Made by a program: the position numbers and the translations under genes. 64,000 nucleotides of DNA from an uncultured cyanobacterium (GTDB taxonomy: Bacteria > Cyanobacteriota > Cyanobacteriia > CAKZMO01). The notes under the pieces were generated by a model. That model saw only the letters and a program-made list of their open reading frames with translations. It made no database searches and was not told where the DNA came from. The DNA lies in NCBI GenBank assembly GCA_963719515.1, contig CAVRCJ010000017.1, positions 1-64,000 of the forward strand, given 5' to 3'. Positions 50,997 through 61,798 of the stretch are shown piece by piece; the first letter of the stretch is position 1; each line of letters opens with the position of its first letter.

Positions 50997-51833
50997 CTAC
51001 TCGGGGCGCAGCAGCCAAATGCCGCTGTAGGTCACGCCGGAGTCGTCGGGCTGGACCAGGAGAAAGTGGAGCCCCTGGCTAGTTTGCTGACGCTTTTGAA
51101 AGGTTTGTCCCGCTTGAGCCACAGCCTCATCCTCAAACGTCGCCAAAATCCAGCGATCGCTCAATCCCGCCTCCAAAATCAGGCCGTCGGGGGGCCCCGG
51201 ACTATAGCCAAGGCTCACCGGGGACTGCGCCTCTAGCCACTGGGCCAGGCGCATGGCCTGTCGCCCCCCGTCAATGATCACGCCGGGAATGAGGGTGTCT
51301 GAGGCTAGCTTTAGCGCGAGAGGGGAAAGCTCGGGCGGCATGTCGCGGATGGGGATGGGTTCCTCTACAACTGTCGTGAGCGCGGCGGCGGCGATCGCCC
51401 CAAACCGCCACTGTTCCCCCCACAGCGCTTCTGGAACAGGCAGCGGCGGGGGAGACTCAACCCAGGTCGGCTGATACGGCTCACGGGTGTATTCCGCCAT
51501 GGCAGCGTAGAGACCGACGCGATCTTTAAGGTGGGCCTTGAGCAGCGGGGTCCGCCGGGTCGCCACGACAGAGAGGGACAGAGACTGCGCCGCTGTGGTA
51601 ATCAGGCTAAGGCACTGGGGGCGAAAGACTTCCAGACGCTGGGGACGGCCATGCTGCTGCATCACCGCCCGCAGCTGAGCGGTTAGCCAGGCCGCTGTGG
51701 CGGCAGACTGCTGGCAAAACGAATGGGCAATAAACTCCTGCTCCGCGCAGCAAATCACCAGCTCCCATACCGGCTGACCCTCGTCCTGCAGCGGGCGGCG
51801 GTAGAAATCAGTTTGCCAAACGCTGGTGCTCAT
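50997..51833 (-). CDS. Tab2/Atab2 family RNA-binding protein
   Basis: WQTDFYRRP, LWGEQWRF and GLHFLLVQPDDSG motifs. Confidence 0.9.
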   Translation of the reverse strand: MSTSVWQTDFYRRPLQDEGQPVWELVICCAEQEFIAHSFCQQSAATAAWLTAQLRAVMQQHGRPQRLEVFRPQCLSLITTAAQSLSLSVVATRRTPLLKAHLKDRVGLYAAMAEYTREPYQPTWVESPPPLPVPEALWGEQWRFGAIAAAALTTVVEEPIPIRDMPPELSPLALKLASDTLIPGVIIDGGRQAMRLAQWLEAQSPVSLGYSPGPPDGLILEAGLSDRWILATFEDEAVAQAGQTFQKRQQTSQGLHFLLVQPDDSGVTYSGIWLLRPE

Positions 51834-52195
51834 CGCGCCCCACCTGCAGCCCCCAGCTGCGCTTTCAGTCGGGCTAGATCCTCCTGTAGCGAAAACACGT
51901 CCTGACGGGTTTCAATCACAAGGGTGGCGAGTTGGTCATAGTCTTGGCCAAGGCCAGGGCGCGGCGTGACGACGGCCTCGCGCTCCTCTGCGCCACCCAG
52001 TCGCTGAAGCCTGCCGATCTGGCTATCGAGCTGACTGATTTGAGACTGCAGCGATCGCGCCGCTGTCTCTAGGCGAGACAGGCGAAAGGATGCCTGCTGG
52101 TCGGTTTGACCTTGGGCCGGGTGGGGCCTCAGCGTTAGTAAGGCTAGCCCTATCAGCAGCGCGACGCCCCAGTAGCGCTTAGAGCTTGCTGCCAC
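51830..52195 (-). CDS. Hypothetical exported coiled-coil protein
   Basis: Signal-peptide-like N-terminus, SRLET..LQSQI and DQLATLVIE. Probable GTG start at 52195. Confidence 0.65.
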   Translation of the reverse strand: MAASSKRYWGVALLIGLALLTLRPHPAQGQTDQQASFRLSRLETAARSLQSQISQLDSQIGRLQRLGGAEEREAVVTPRPGLGQDYDQLATLVIETRQDVFSLQEDLARLKAQLGAAGGAR

Positions 52196-54068
52196 AGTCA
52201 GGGCAGAAGTTATTCTTCGAGTTGTTTTCCGCACCACAGCTTCCACAGACTGAATGTTCTAGCTCGCGGGCTAGCCGCTCCGGTAGCCCGAGCATCTGAG
52301 CGTTGCTCTTGCCCGGCGCCACCATGGGGTAGCAGTTCTCATCCCGCTTGACGCGCACGTCCATCAGCACCGGCCCGTCAAAAGCCAGCATTTCAGCGAT
52401 CGCCGCCGACAGCTCCGAGCGCTCTTCCACCACCATGCCCCGGACTCCGAAAGCCTCCGCCAGCTTAACGAAGTCCGGCATCCCCACCTCCATATTTGAG
52501 GAGGAGTAGCGCTCACCGTAAAACGACTGCTGCCACTGACGCACCATGCCCTGCCAAGCATTGTTGATGATTACGGTTTTAGCCGCGACACCGTACTGAG
52601 CCAGGGTGCCGAGCTCCTGCAGATTCATTTGAAAGCTGGCGTCGCCGCTGATGCAAATGACCTCTTCGTCGGGTAAAGCAACTTTGACCCCCAAGGCCGC
52701 TGGTAGACCATAGCCCATAGTCCCTAGCCCAGCGCTGGAGATCCAGCGGCGCGGTCCAGTCTTCAAAAACTGAGCCGACCACATCTGGTGCTGGCCCACA
52801 TCGGTGGTGTAATAGGCGTGGGGCGCTTGACGGCACAGCTCCGCAATCACCTCTTGAGGGGCAATGACGCCGGGGTAGCTAGGAGCTGTGATCGGGTAGT
52901 CGGCTTTCCAGGCCAGGATGCGATCGCGCCAGGGACTCGTCTGAGCGCTGTCCGCATCGTAGTTTTGGTCTGAGTCGCGGCGCAGCAGATCGCTCATCAC
53001 CCGCCGCACGTCTCCCACAATGGGGACCTCAGGGGCCCGGTTTTTGCCCACTTCTGCCGGGTCAATGTCAATATGAATCACCTTGGCGCGGGCGGCAAAC
53101 TCGTCTAGCTTGCCCGTCACCCGGTCGTCAAAGCGGGCGCCCACCGCAATCAGCAGGTCGCACTCGCTAACGGCGAAGTTAGCGTAAGCGGTACCGTGCA
53201 TGCCCAGCATCCCCACCGCCAGTTCGTGGTGCTCGTCAAAGGCCCCTTTACCCATCAGCGTCGTGGTGACAGGAATCTGGTAGCGCTCTGCGAGCTGCCT
53301 AATTTCCTCATGGGCCCCGGAAGTAATGGCGCCTCCCCCGACGTACAGCAGCGGACGTTGGGCGGCGCGGATAAGCTTCAGCGCCTGGGAAAGCTGGCGA
53401 GGGTTGCCCTTAAACGTAGGGCGATAGCCCGGCAGCTTAACCGAGCCTGGCTCCACGGGGACGTAGTCAAATTCTTCGAGGCCGACGTCTTTAGGAATAT
53501 CAATCAGCACCGGGCCGGGACGACCGGTTTGGGCAATGTAGAACGCCTCAGCGACAATGCGAGCCATGTCCTGCGGGTTACGCACGACGTAGGAATGCTT
53601 GACGATGGGTAGGGTGATCCCAAAAATATCGGTTTCTTGAAACGCATCGCTGCCGATTGCCGGACGTGGAACCTGACCGGTGACGACCACCATGGGAATG
53701 GAGTCCATCTGAGCCGTAGCGATGCCGGTCACTAGGTTAGTGGCCCCCGGCCCTGAGGTGGCGAAGCAGACGCCGACTCGCCCAGTTGCCCGGGAGTAGG
53801 CGTCAGCCGCGTGGGACGCGCCCTGCTCATGCCGCACCAGAATATGCTGTAGCCGGCCCGCTTCCTCTGCCTTGTACAGCGCGTCGTAAATGGGCAGAAT
53901 AGCGCCCCCCGGATAGCCAAAAATGTGGGTGACGCCGTGACAGCACAGGCTGTCTATTAAGGCGTGCGCGCCAGACGCCCGGGTTGATTCACTAGCGCGA
54001 TGGCTAGTGAGTGCTGGAGAGAGCGTCTGAGACTGTTCACTAGGGCGGCTGGGGAGGACGTCACGCAT
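52179..54068 (-). CDS. ilvB: Acetolactate synthase large subunit with C-terminal zinc ribbon
   Basis: [28 protein letters not shown] and GMVRQWQ motifs. Confidence 0.97.
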   Translation of the reverse strand: MRDVLPSRPSEQSQTLSPALTSHRASESTRASGAHALIDSLCCHGVTHIFGYPGGAILPIYDALYKAEEAGRLQHILVRHEQGASHAADAYSRATGRVGVCFATSGPGATNLVTGIATAQMDSIPMVVVTGQVPRPAIGSDAFQETDIFGITLPIVKHSYVVRNPQDMARIVAEAFYIAQTGRPGPVLIDIPKDVGLEEFDYVPVEPGSVKLPGYRPTFKGNPRQLSQALKLIRAAQRPLLYVGGGAITSGAHEEIRQLAERYQIPVTTTLMGKGAFDEHHELAVGMLGMHGTAYANFAVSECDLLIAVGARFDDRVTGKLDEFAARAKVIHIDIDPAEVGKNRAPEVPIVGDVRRVMSDLLRRDSDQNYDADSAQTSPWRDRILAWKADYPITAPSYPGVIAPQEVIAELCRQAPHAYYTTDVGQHQMWSAQFLKTGPRRWISSAGLGTMGYGLPAALGVKVALPDEEVICISGDASFQMNLQELGTLAQYGVAAKTVIINNAWQGMVRQWQQSFYGERYSSSNMEVGMPDFVKLAEAFGVRGMVVEERSELSAAIAEMLAFDGPVLMDVRVKRDENCYPMVAPGKSNAQMLGLPERLARELEHSVCGSCGAENNSKNNFCPDCGSKL

Positions 54069-54279
54069 GGCGGTTGAAGAACCCTATGGGATGAGTGGTT
54101 GAGTCAGCGGTCAAGGGGTGGCCTATAGACTGTTCAAGATGAACGTATAGTCTAGTTTAGCTCTCATGCTAGCGCGCGATGGGCAGAAGACAGCTTGAGA
54201 ATATATGAAATGATCGATAGCGTAACCTATAGAGATGAAAGCGCTGGCGATTAGATCCGCTCACGTCCTACTTATTCTT

Positions 54280-54552
54280 ATGGAAGACACCCGTTTAATC
54301 TTGTACAGCAAACCCGGCTGTCACCTCTGTGAAGGATTAGAGGAAAAGCTGCTGAGCATTCGTTTACCGATTGCGCTAGACATTAGAGACATCACCACCC
54401 AGCCCCACTGGTGGACGCAATATCGCTACGAGATCCCGGTGCTTCATCTACAGATGGGTCAGCATATAACGGCGATTCCCCGCTTCTCGCCACGGGCTTC
54501 TGCTGAGCGAGTTGAGCAAATCTTGCGAAAATACATGGTAGAACAGGACTGA
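54280..54552 (+). CDS. Glutaredoxin-like (DUF836) protein
   Basis: LYSKPGCHLC and YEIPVL motifs. Confidence 0.88.
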   Translation: MEDTRLILYSKPGCHLCEGLEEKLLSIRLPIALDIRDITTQPHWWTQYRYEIPVLHLQMGQHITAIPRFSPRASAERVEQILRKYMVEQD

Positions 54553-54603
54553 ACTATCCACGCTGCCCTGGTGTAGCGCTCACTCTAGCGGTAGGGAAGC
54601 CCG

Positions 54604-56112
54604 ATGAAATTACGACAGCTTTTGGCAAGTCTGCCTACCCCCATGAATGCGCAGGCCGACGGCTCAATTCAAGCGGCCTTGGAGACTGCCGTCACGGGGC
54701 TATCGACAAATTCCCACACCTGCCGGCCAGGCGATCTGTTTATCGGGCTGCCAGGGACGAGGGTCGATGGCGGGGAGTTTTGGCCCAGTGCGATCGCCTC
54801 TGGTGCGGTAGCGGCGATCGTTTCCCCTGCGGCAGCCCAGTCAAGCCCGCCGCGCGAGGACGCCTGCGTTCTGATTTACGCCGATATTCTTGAAACCTGT
54901 GCCCAGGCCGCCGCCAGCTTCTACGGCAACCCTTCGGCGCAGCTTAGCCTGGTTGGGGTAACCGGGACCAACGGCAAAACCACTACCACCCACCTGATTG
55001 AGGAGATTTTGAGACAGGCCTACACCACCGCGCTGCTGGGTACCCTCTACACCCGCTGGCCAGGCCACCAGCAAACGGCCCTTCATACCACTCCCTTTTC
55101 CGTGGACCTGCAGCGACAGCTGGCGGCGGCGCTAGCAGCCGGCTCGACCCACGCGGTCATGGAGGTTAGCTCCCACGCCCTGGCCCAGAAGCGGGTGGCC
55201 GGGTGCCAGTTTGACGTGGCGGTGTTTACCAACCTCACCCAAGACCATCTGGACTACCACCGCAACATGGACGAGTATTTCATGGCCAAGGCGGAGCTGT
55301 TCACCCCCACCTATTTGCGCAGCAGGGCGATTATCAATCAAGACGATCCCTATGGCCAGCGCCTCGTTCACCAGACTGGCGCTTCTGTCTGGACATACAG
55401 CACCTTGACCCAAGAGGCCGACTTTTGGGCAGAGGATCTGAGCTACGGGGCAGATGGATTTAACGGCCAGCTCCACACCCCAGCGGGCAGCACCGCCTTT
55501 CGCGCCCCCCTAGTGGGTCAGTTCAACCTCTCCAACCTATTGGCGGCGATCGCCGTGGGGCTCCATTTAGGACTCTCTTTAGAAAGTATCGTAGCCACCT
55601 TGCCCCAGCTGACGGGGGTGCCGGGGCGCATGGAGCGGGTGCAGGCTTCTCCAGAGCAAGACATCACCGTAATCGTGGACTACGCCCACACCCCAGATGG
55701 CTTAGAGAATCTGCTGCGGGCGTCACGCCCATTTTCTCAAGGGCGGCTGATCTGCCTGTTTGGCTGCGGCGGCGATCGCGACCGAACCAAGCGGCCCCAG
55801 ATGGGGGCCATTGCTGCCGAGCTATCGGATTGGGCCATTGTCACCTCGGACAACCCCCGCACCGAGAACCCGGCGCAGATTTTAGAGGATATCGTGACGG
55901 GTATGGGAGACAAGGCGGCGCGATCGCCTACCGTAATTGGCGATCGCGCCGCTGCAATTCGGACAGCCATTGCAGAAGCTGAGCCCGGTGACACGGTGCT
56001 GCTGGCCGGAAAGGGCCATGAGGACTATCAAATTTTAGGGACCGAGAAAGTCCATTTCGACGACAGAGAGCAGGCCCGCTTGGCGCTGCAGAACCGTTTA
56101 GCGCAGCGCTAA
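54604..56112 (+). CDS. murE: UDP-MurNAc-tripeptide synthetase
   Basis: GVTGTNGKTT, MEVSSHAL, DYAHTPD, DNPR and AGKGHE motifs. Confidence 0.97.
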   Translation: MKLRQLLASLPTPMNAQADGSIQAALETAVTGLSTNSHTCRPGDLFIGLPGTRVDGGEFWPSAIASGAVAAIVSPAAAQSSPPREDACVLIYADILETCAQAAASFYGNPSAQLSLVGVTGTNGKTTTTHLIEEILRQAYTTALLGTLYTRWPGHQQTALHTTPFSVDLQRQLAAALAAGSTHAVMEVSSHALAQKRVAGCQFDVAVFTNLTQDHLDYHRNMDEYFMAKAELFTPTYLRSRAIINQDDPYGQRLVHQTGASVWTYSTLTQEADFWAEDLSYGADGFNGQLHTPAGSTAFRAPLVGQFNLSNLLAAIAVGLHLGLSLESIVATLPQLTGVPGRMERVQASPEQDITVIVDYAHTPDGLENLLRASRPFSQGRLICLFGCGGDRDRTKRPQMGAIAAELSDWAIVTSDNPRTENPAQILEDIVTGMGDKAARSPTVIGDRAAAIRTAIAEAEPGDTVLLAGKGHEDYQILGTEKVHFDDREQARLALQNRLAQR

Positions 56113-56251
56113 GGCTGGGCGCAGCAGGCGGAATCTACCCTCTATTCCGTCCACCCGCTCAGTGATTACACTAGACTTTTTCGAAAACTGTTCCAAAGGG
56201 GGTAATTTCAGGGTACTCAAGATAAAACCTCCATTTGAGCCGAGGCCCCTC

Positions 56252-57889
56252 ATGCTCTCGAGTACCTTGCAATTCGCTATGACATCGCTGTACGACACGC
56301 TTCAAGATGCCGGCTGTCTCTCCCAGGAGCTGTGGCTCAGTCCGGCTACGTTTAAGTCGAGCGTCGACGCGATCTTCAAGGTGCTAAGAGACCACCAAAT
56401 CTCAGCGACGGTGATTGCCAAGCTGCCGCGAGAAACCCTTTGGTATGAGTCGCTTGAGCAATATCGCCACAGCTCGCGGTGCCAGAACTCAATCTACTTG
56501 CTTAAGCCGCAAACTCGGCGAGGGGCATACAGCGAAGAGCCAGAAACCAGCGCGCGGGTTTCCGCCGACGTTGCTGAAGCAGACTTGTATACAGTAGCCC
56601 CGCTATCCCTGAGGCCGCCATCCCCCATTGCCAATGTATGGCTACCGGCTGCTAATCCACTGCGCCACGATTTCTTCGTGCTAGTGCTCTCTTCCGAGTT
56701 TCAGGCGCTACTGCTCGCCCATCGTCCCCCCAAGAGCAGGTTGGCGGCTGAGGGAGCGATCGCCCAAAATGAGCCTGCCTCAAATGCATCGGCCCAAAAT
56801 GCACCGGCCCAGAATGCACCGGCCCAAGGTGCACCTGCTCCAGAAGCGCTCACCCCGCAGACCAGCACGGAAGCGCTGCCTGCCGGATCAGTTGATAAAG
56901 CCACTCTGCGCGTTCTGCAGTCCTTTGAGCCGGACTGCCTCGCCGCCGGGCTCAACGTCATCACTAGCTGTGTTGAAGCGCTATATCCTCAGCCGCCGCG
57001 CGAGATAACGCCAATGCTAGAAGACTGGCTTTACCTGTCTGATCAGATTAGCCGCTGGAGCCCTAATATATCCCTATGGAACGCGCTCTGGACCCAGCAG
57101 CTCTCTCAGCAGGAGCGACTTTGGCAGACCAACACCACCCTGAAACCGCAGGCGGAGCTTGGGGAACAGCTCTATCACACTACTCAAAGACTCACCAAAG
57201 CCGTTGAGCTCAAAGACGACCTCTCCAAGCTTATCGGTCAAGAGCTGCGATCGCCCTTGTCCAGTATGAAAACAGCGCTGTCTATTCTCAGCAGTCAAAC
57301 TCTAAAACCAGCTCAGCGACAGCGATACATCGACATGCTGACTCGGGAATGCGATCGCCAAAATGCGTTGATTAGCGGCATATCGGAGCTGGCTCACCTT
57401 GAGGAGATGAGCTCTACCCCCATGGAGCCCCTGCAGCTCATCGATATTGTGCCGGGGGTTGTCAGCACCTATCAGCCCTTGGCCCAAGAGCAGGGCGTCA
57501 TGCTAGCCTACACGGTTCCCGACGATTTGCCGCCTGTGGCCTGTTTGGGATCCTGGCTCAAGCAGATCGTGATCAACTTGCTTGATAACGGAATCAAGTT
57601 TACGCCTCAAAAGGGTCAGGTCTGGGTGAAGGCATACCCCAAAGCCGATTATATTCAGCTGGAGGTTCAGGATACAGGCGCGGGAATTCCGCCGGCGGAC
57701 ATTGACAGGGTTTTCGAGCGCTTTTATCGGGCAAAACCTAAGGCAGAAGATGCCGCTGTAGGGGTTGGCCTAGGCCTTTCTATCGTGCAGCAGCTGGTGC
57801 TCAAATGCGGCGGCAGCATCTCCGTGGAAAGCGAGCTCGGACGGGGGGCAACCTTTTTCGTCTCGCTACCAATCTACAGGGAGGGCTAG
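56252..57889 (+). CDS. Sensor histidine kinase-like protein with DICT-like N-terminus
   Basis: HATPase N/G boxes (NLLDNGIKFT, DTGAGI, GLGLSIV). The H-box reads GQELRSPL (His absent). QNAPA repeats. Confidence 0.85.
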   Translation: MLSSTLQFAMTSLYDTLQDAGCLSQELWLSPATFKSSVDAIFKVLRDHQISATVIAKLPRETLWYESLEQYRHSSRCQNSIYLLKPQTRRGAYSEEPETSARVSADVAEADLYTVAPLSLRPPSPIANVWLPAANPLRHDFFVLVLSSEFQALLLAHRPPKSRLAAEGAIAQNEPASNASAQNAPAQNAPAQGAPAPEALTPQTSTEALPAGSVDKATLRVLQSFEPDCLAAGLNVITSCVEALYPQPPREITPMLEDWLYLSDQISRWSPNISLWNALWTQQLSQQERLWQTNTTLKPQAELGEQLYHTTQRLTKAVELKDDLSKLIGQELRSPLSSMKTALSILSSQTLKPAQRQRYIDMLTRECDRQNALISGISELAHLEEMSSTPMEPLQLIDIVPGVVSTYQPLAQEQGVMLAYTVPDDLPPVACLGSWLKQIVINLLDNGIKFTPQKGQVWVKAYPKADYIQLEVQDTGAGIPPADIDRVFERFYRAKPKAEDAAVGVGLGLSIVQQLVLKCGGSISVESELGRGATFFVSLPIYREG

Positions 57890-58192
57890 GATACCGTAAA
57901 TTTTTGCAGTCAGCGCAAAGATTGCCCGCAGCAGCATTTCAAAGCGTCTAAAGTGGCTCAAGGTCATGGTAGATATTTGGTATAAGAGCTATCATGGTGT
58001 GATGCTCGAGCATACTGCCTTTGGGTCGTCAACTCTGATACCCGTACCGAAAGTTGGAAGAAAATCCGACCGAGGAAAACGGAGACCACTCGATAGTCTT
58101 GCTGTACTGCCTTTGCAAAAGGCGGTTTAAGCAGTGGTTGTCAGCAGACATCTCGCAGCACGGGTCTCACTAACTGACTAGGAGAGGCGAGT

Positions 58193-58936
58193 ATGAAGCG
58201 GTTTCGACCCAGGTGGAGCAGGGCGCTGGCCTTCCCACTGTCCCAGGCGATATCCCACACCGTTGGCCGATTTGGTGGAAAAACTAAGCGACGTCTTCAG
58301 TCTCTAGAGGCGATTATTGCGGTCGTTGAGTCGGAGCGCGATCGCCTCCGGCAGGAGCTGCGGGAGTTGGTCCATTACACCGACGCCGAGATTCTCCAGC
58401 TCAACAAAGCCATTGAGGAACTTCAGCAAGAGCGAGATGAGCTACAGCTCAAGCTATGGAGCCTTGAGGAGGCCGAGGCCGCCAAGAGCGATAGCGCGCT
58501 GCCGGTAGAGACGGTATATCTCACCAGCACTGCTGATAACTCTGACGTGATCTCGGTAACCAGCGCAGCGCTTGAGCAGGTTGAAGAGATACAGGCCTCT
58601 GACCTTTCCTGGCTGCGTTTGGCCCTGGTGGGGGGACATTCAGCAACGCGGCGGGGCGTCATCCAAGAGCTCAAGGGACGCTATGGTCTCAAGCACTGCG
58701 TCGAGATCCCGCGCATGACGGAGTCCAACACCAACCGCAGCCGGGTTAAGGCAAAGATCGGCCAGTGTGACCTAGTCGTGATTATCACGGGCTACATGGG
58801 TCACCGGCTGAGCGAGATTGTCTATAGCCTCAAGGCCGCTGACGCGCTGGCGGGTGAGGTGCTGCAGCTCAGCTGCCGGGGCAAGAGCGGTGTGGTTCGC
58901 GAAATCATGAAGCACCTGGGTGAGGTTCAGGGCTAA
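58193..58936 (+). CDS. Coiled-coil + DUF2325 domain protein
   Basis: LALVGGH and CDLVVIITGYMGH motifs; N-terminal heptads. Confidence 0.8.
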   Translation: MKRFRPRWSRALAFPLSQAISHTVGRFGGKTKRRLQSLEAIIAVVESERDRLRQELRELVHYTDAEILQLNKAIEELQQERDELQLKLWSLEEAEAAKSDSALPVETVYLTSTADNSDVISVTSAALEQVEEIQASDLSWLRLALVGGHSATRRGVIQELKGRYGLKHCVEIPRMTESNTNRSRVKAKIGQCDLVVIITGYMGHRLSEIVYSLKAADALAGEVLQLSCRGKSGVVREIMKHLGEVQG

Positions 58937-58988
58937 GGCTTGGCACAGGGCTAGGCAGTGGGGCAAGACTCGATGAGTTGCGGCGGCG

Positions 58989-59666
58989 CTACGGCTCTCG
59001 CAGTACGTAGCCCACCCCACGCACCGTCTGAATCATTCGCTTTTCGCCTTCAGCCTCTAGCTTGAGCCGCAGGTAGCGAATGTAGACCTCGATGATATTA
59101 GAGTCGCCCATAAAGTCATACCCCCACACCTCTTCTAAAATGCGATCGCGGGTCATCACCTGCCGGGGATAGGACAGCAGGTACTCTAGCAGGTCAAATT
59201 CTTTAGCCGTAAGTTCAATCGCGCGATCGCCCCGGAACACCTCCCGCGTCTTGCGGTCAAGCTTCAAGTCTTCGAACTGCCGGACGTCGGCGTCATCCTC
59301 CTGGGTGCGGCGCAGATGGGCGCGCACGCGGGCCAGCAGCTCTTCAATGCTGAAAGGCTTGACGAGGTAATCGTCTGCCCCAGCGTCTAGCCCCGCCACG
59401 CGATCGCTGATGTCGTCCTTTGCCGTCAGCAAAATTACCGGCACCTTAGACCCGGTCGTCCGCAGCCTGCGGCAGACTTCCAGCCCCGTCATCCCCGGCA
59501 TTAGCCAATCGAGAATCACTAGGTCCGGGTTGATATCGCGAATCTTTGTCAGTCCCGTCAAACCGTCGTGGGCCACGCTGGTTTGATAGTCTTCGTAGCC
59601 TAGCTCCAGTTCAATAAACCGAGCTAGTTTCTCCTCATCTTCAACGACTACGATGTGGGGTTTCAT
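58989..59666 (-). CDS. OmpR-family response regulator
   Basis: VVEDE, DWLMP, GADDYLVKPF, EVYIRYLR.K and TVRGVGY motifs. Confidence 0.95.
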   Translation of the reverse strand: MKPHIVVVEDEEKLARFIELELGYEDYQTSVAHDGLTGLTKIRDINPDLVILDWLMPGMTGLEVCRRLRTTGSKVPVILLTAKDDISDRVAGLDAGADDYLVKPFSIEELLARVRAHLRRTQEDDADVRQFEDLKLDRKTREVFRGDRAIELTAKEFDLLEYLLSYPRQVMTRDRILEEVWGYDFMGDSNIIEVYIRYLRLKLEAEGEKRMIQTVRGVGYVLREP

Positions 59667-61227
59667 TGGCATGACCTACTAACGGTAGCGAAACAGTGAA
59701 CGTACTTCCCCTGCCGGGCTCAGACGCGACGCTGACCTGGCCTCCCATATCGTCAACTAAAGTCTTCACGAGGGAGAGGCCTAAGCCCGTGCCTCCGGTG
59801 GTGCGGTTTCGCGTCATGTCGACCCGGTAGCAGCGATCAAAAATTCGCGGCTGGTCCGCCAGAGGAATACCGATTCCGCGATCGCACACCTGGATAATAA
59901 CACTGTTACCTGAGCGTAATACGCGCAGGACGACGGTCTGCTCTGGGCCCGAATACCGCAGGGCATTGTCTATCAGCTTGACAAGCACTTGACGCAGCTT
60001 TTCAGGATCGACCCTTACTAAAACCTGGGAGCTAGAGTGGGGGGGCGGAGACGGGATAGAAGAGGGACCGCCCTGCATTGAGGCTGATTGGCCAGAACTA
60101 GGTTGGCTAGAGTTAGATTGCCCAAATTCAGTGGAGCCCAAGGTAGTCTGCCCAGGTACCTCAACCACAATCTCTCGCCGACTTGAGGCTTCGAGCTTTT
60201 GAGCGATCTCTTGCACTAGGGCGATTACGCAGACCTCGCTGGTGCAAGATTGAATGCTGCCGCTATCGGCGCGAGCTAGACTCAGCAGGTCTTCCAAGAT
60301 GGCAATGGAATGCTCAGTCTCGGTCACGGCAGTCGCCAGTGCCTCATGCTGCGGCGGTTTCAGATTATCGCTGCGGCGCTGCAGGCTTTGCAAATAGCCA
60401 TAGGTAATGGCTAGCGGCGTACGCAGCTCATGGGAGATATCGTGGGTAAACTGTCGCTGCTGCTGCAGGGCAGCGGCCAGTCGAGACAGCATCTCTTCGC
60501 AAGTTTTGACCAGCTCGCTGACTTCGGTAGGGGCTTTCTCCAGCCGCATGCCCACATGGCCTAGCTCTTCTAGCTTTAGGTGAGCCGTCATTTCGCTCAT
60601 CTGCCGCAGGGGCCGTAGCGATCGCTTGACGTAAAGCGAAACCGCTATCACCAGTCCTAGCAGGGTCAGACCTGTCGCCAGCGTGAGGCGTCGCACCAGC
60701 GCTCTAAGTCTTGCCTTATCTTCAGTGATGTCTAAAAAAACGTAGAGGTTGTAAGGTTGAAGCTGGTTCTGTAGGGGGCCGGTGCAGACGAGGTAGTCTT
60801 TGCTGTCTAGGGTGATAATCTGAGTCTCAATCGCGGCAGATGGCGCTGATGAAGCATCCATTTGAGTCATCAGGTGGTCGACAACGTTTTGGCTTTGCGC
60901 CAGTCGATCTGAACGGGTGATCAGCTCGTCGCCCAGCGCTACGACGACGGACATGTCAGAAAACGACCGTAAATCGCTTACTTTTTGAATGGCGTTGTTC
61001 ACCGGCATGGTGGCTCGGTATCGCTGAACGTCTTGGGGAATTTGCCGAACGACATCGGTAACCTGGCGAATGTGACGACCGACTAAGATCTGCCGGGTTT
61101 GCCAACTCATCCACATCGACATACAGCCGACGCTGAGAGTGGCCAATAGCGCAACGCCCAGGCTGAGACGAGCCTGCAAGGAAGATGGGGCAATCCATCG
61201 GATAAGACGCCGCGATCGCTGGAGCAT
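59641..61227 (-). CDS. Membrane sensor histidine kinase (HAMP-HisKA-HATPase)
   Basis: Two TM segments, SHELRTPL, DRGIGI and GGTGLGL motifs; overlaps the cognate regulator. Confidence 0.93.
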   Translation of the reverse strand: MLQRSRRLIRWIAPSSLQARLSLGVALLATLSVGCMSMWMSWQTRQILVGRHIRQVTDVVRQIPQDVQRYRATMPVNNAIQKVSDLRSFSDMSVVVALGDELITRSDRLAQSQNVVDHLMTQMDASSAPSAAIETQIITLDSKDYLVCTGPLQNQLQPYNLYVFLDITEDKARLRALVRRLTLATGLTLLGLVIAVSLYVKRSLRPLRQMSEMTAHLKLEELGHVGMRLEKAPTEVSELVKTCEEMLSRLAAALQQQRQFTHDISHELRTPLAITYGYLQSLQRRSDNLKPPQHEALATAVTETEHSIAILEDLLSLARADSGSIQSCTSEVCVIALVQEIAQKLEASSRREIVVEVPGQTTLGSTEFGQSNSSQPSSGQSASMQGGPSSIPSPPPHSSSQVLVRVDPEKLRQVLVKLIDNALRYSGPEQTVVLRVLRSGNSVIIQVCDRGIGIPLADQPRIFDRCYRVDMTRNRTTGGTGLGLSLVKTLVDDMGGQVSVASEPGRGSTFTVSLPLVGHANETPHRSR

Positions 61228-61798
61228 AAATCACCGGGTACCTGACAGGCCCACAAGGTCTGACTACCGTCAGCTTACAAAACTGGGCAGGCTATAGAAT
61301 GAGATCTTCCTGAACAATCAGTTAATTCTGAATAGATTTTAGACCTACGCTTAGCTTCTTGCCCGCCTCACCTCCGCTGTGGAGCAAGCGCACCACTACT
61401 CCTATCCCTCAACCATGACTGCCCTTTCGCCATACTGAGAATTGCTGGCACCATTGGCGGCGGCAAAACTGGAGTGGCGAGACCAGATATGATAGATACC
61501 GGCAACTGTTACGGACAGAGAAGCAATCCCCCTGTAGTAGATAAAGTTATCGCAAGAGAGACTCACGTTGACCTGCCATAACTTTAAACAGGGTGCGTGG
61601 CTGAAGCTAAAGCTTTTGGAGGGTATCGCTTCGGCGGGGTATTTCCCCACAACAGCGTTGTTTAATTTAGGCTGCTGGCTTAAATTTATTTCTGTCTAGA
61701 GAATCTAGAAAAAATCCGGACAAACTATAGATACGAATCTTGTAGGGTTAGGGTTGACGTAGGATACGGTGTCGTACATATACCAAGAGACGCGCTAG

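Noticed and set aside
58040..58190. c-di-AMP (ydaO) riboswitch call
   Set aside because: Only fragments (AATCC..AACGGAGACCA, CTAAC..TAGG) resemble it, and the central conserved segments are missing. Kept only as an unassigned structured leader.
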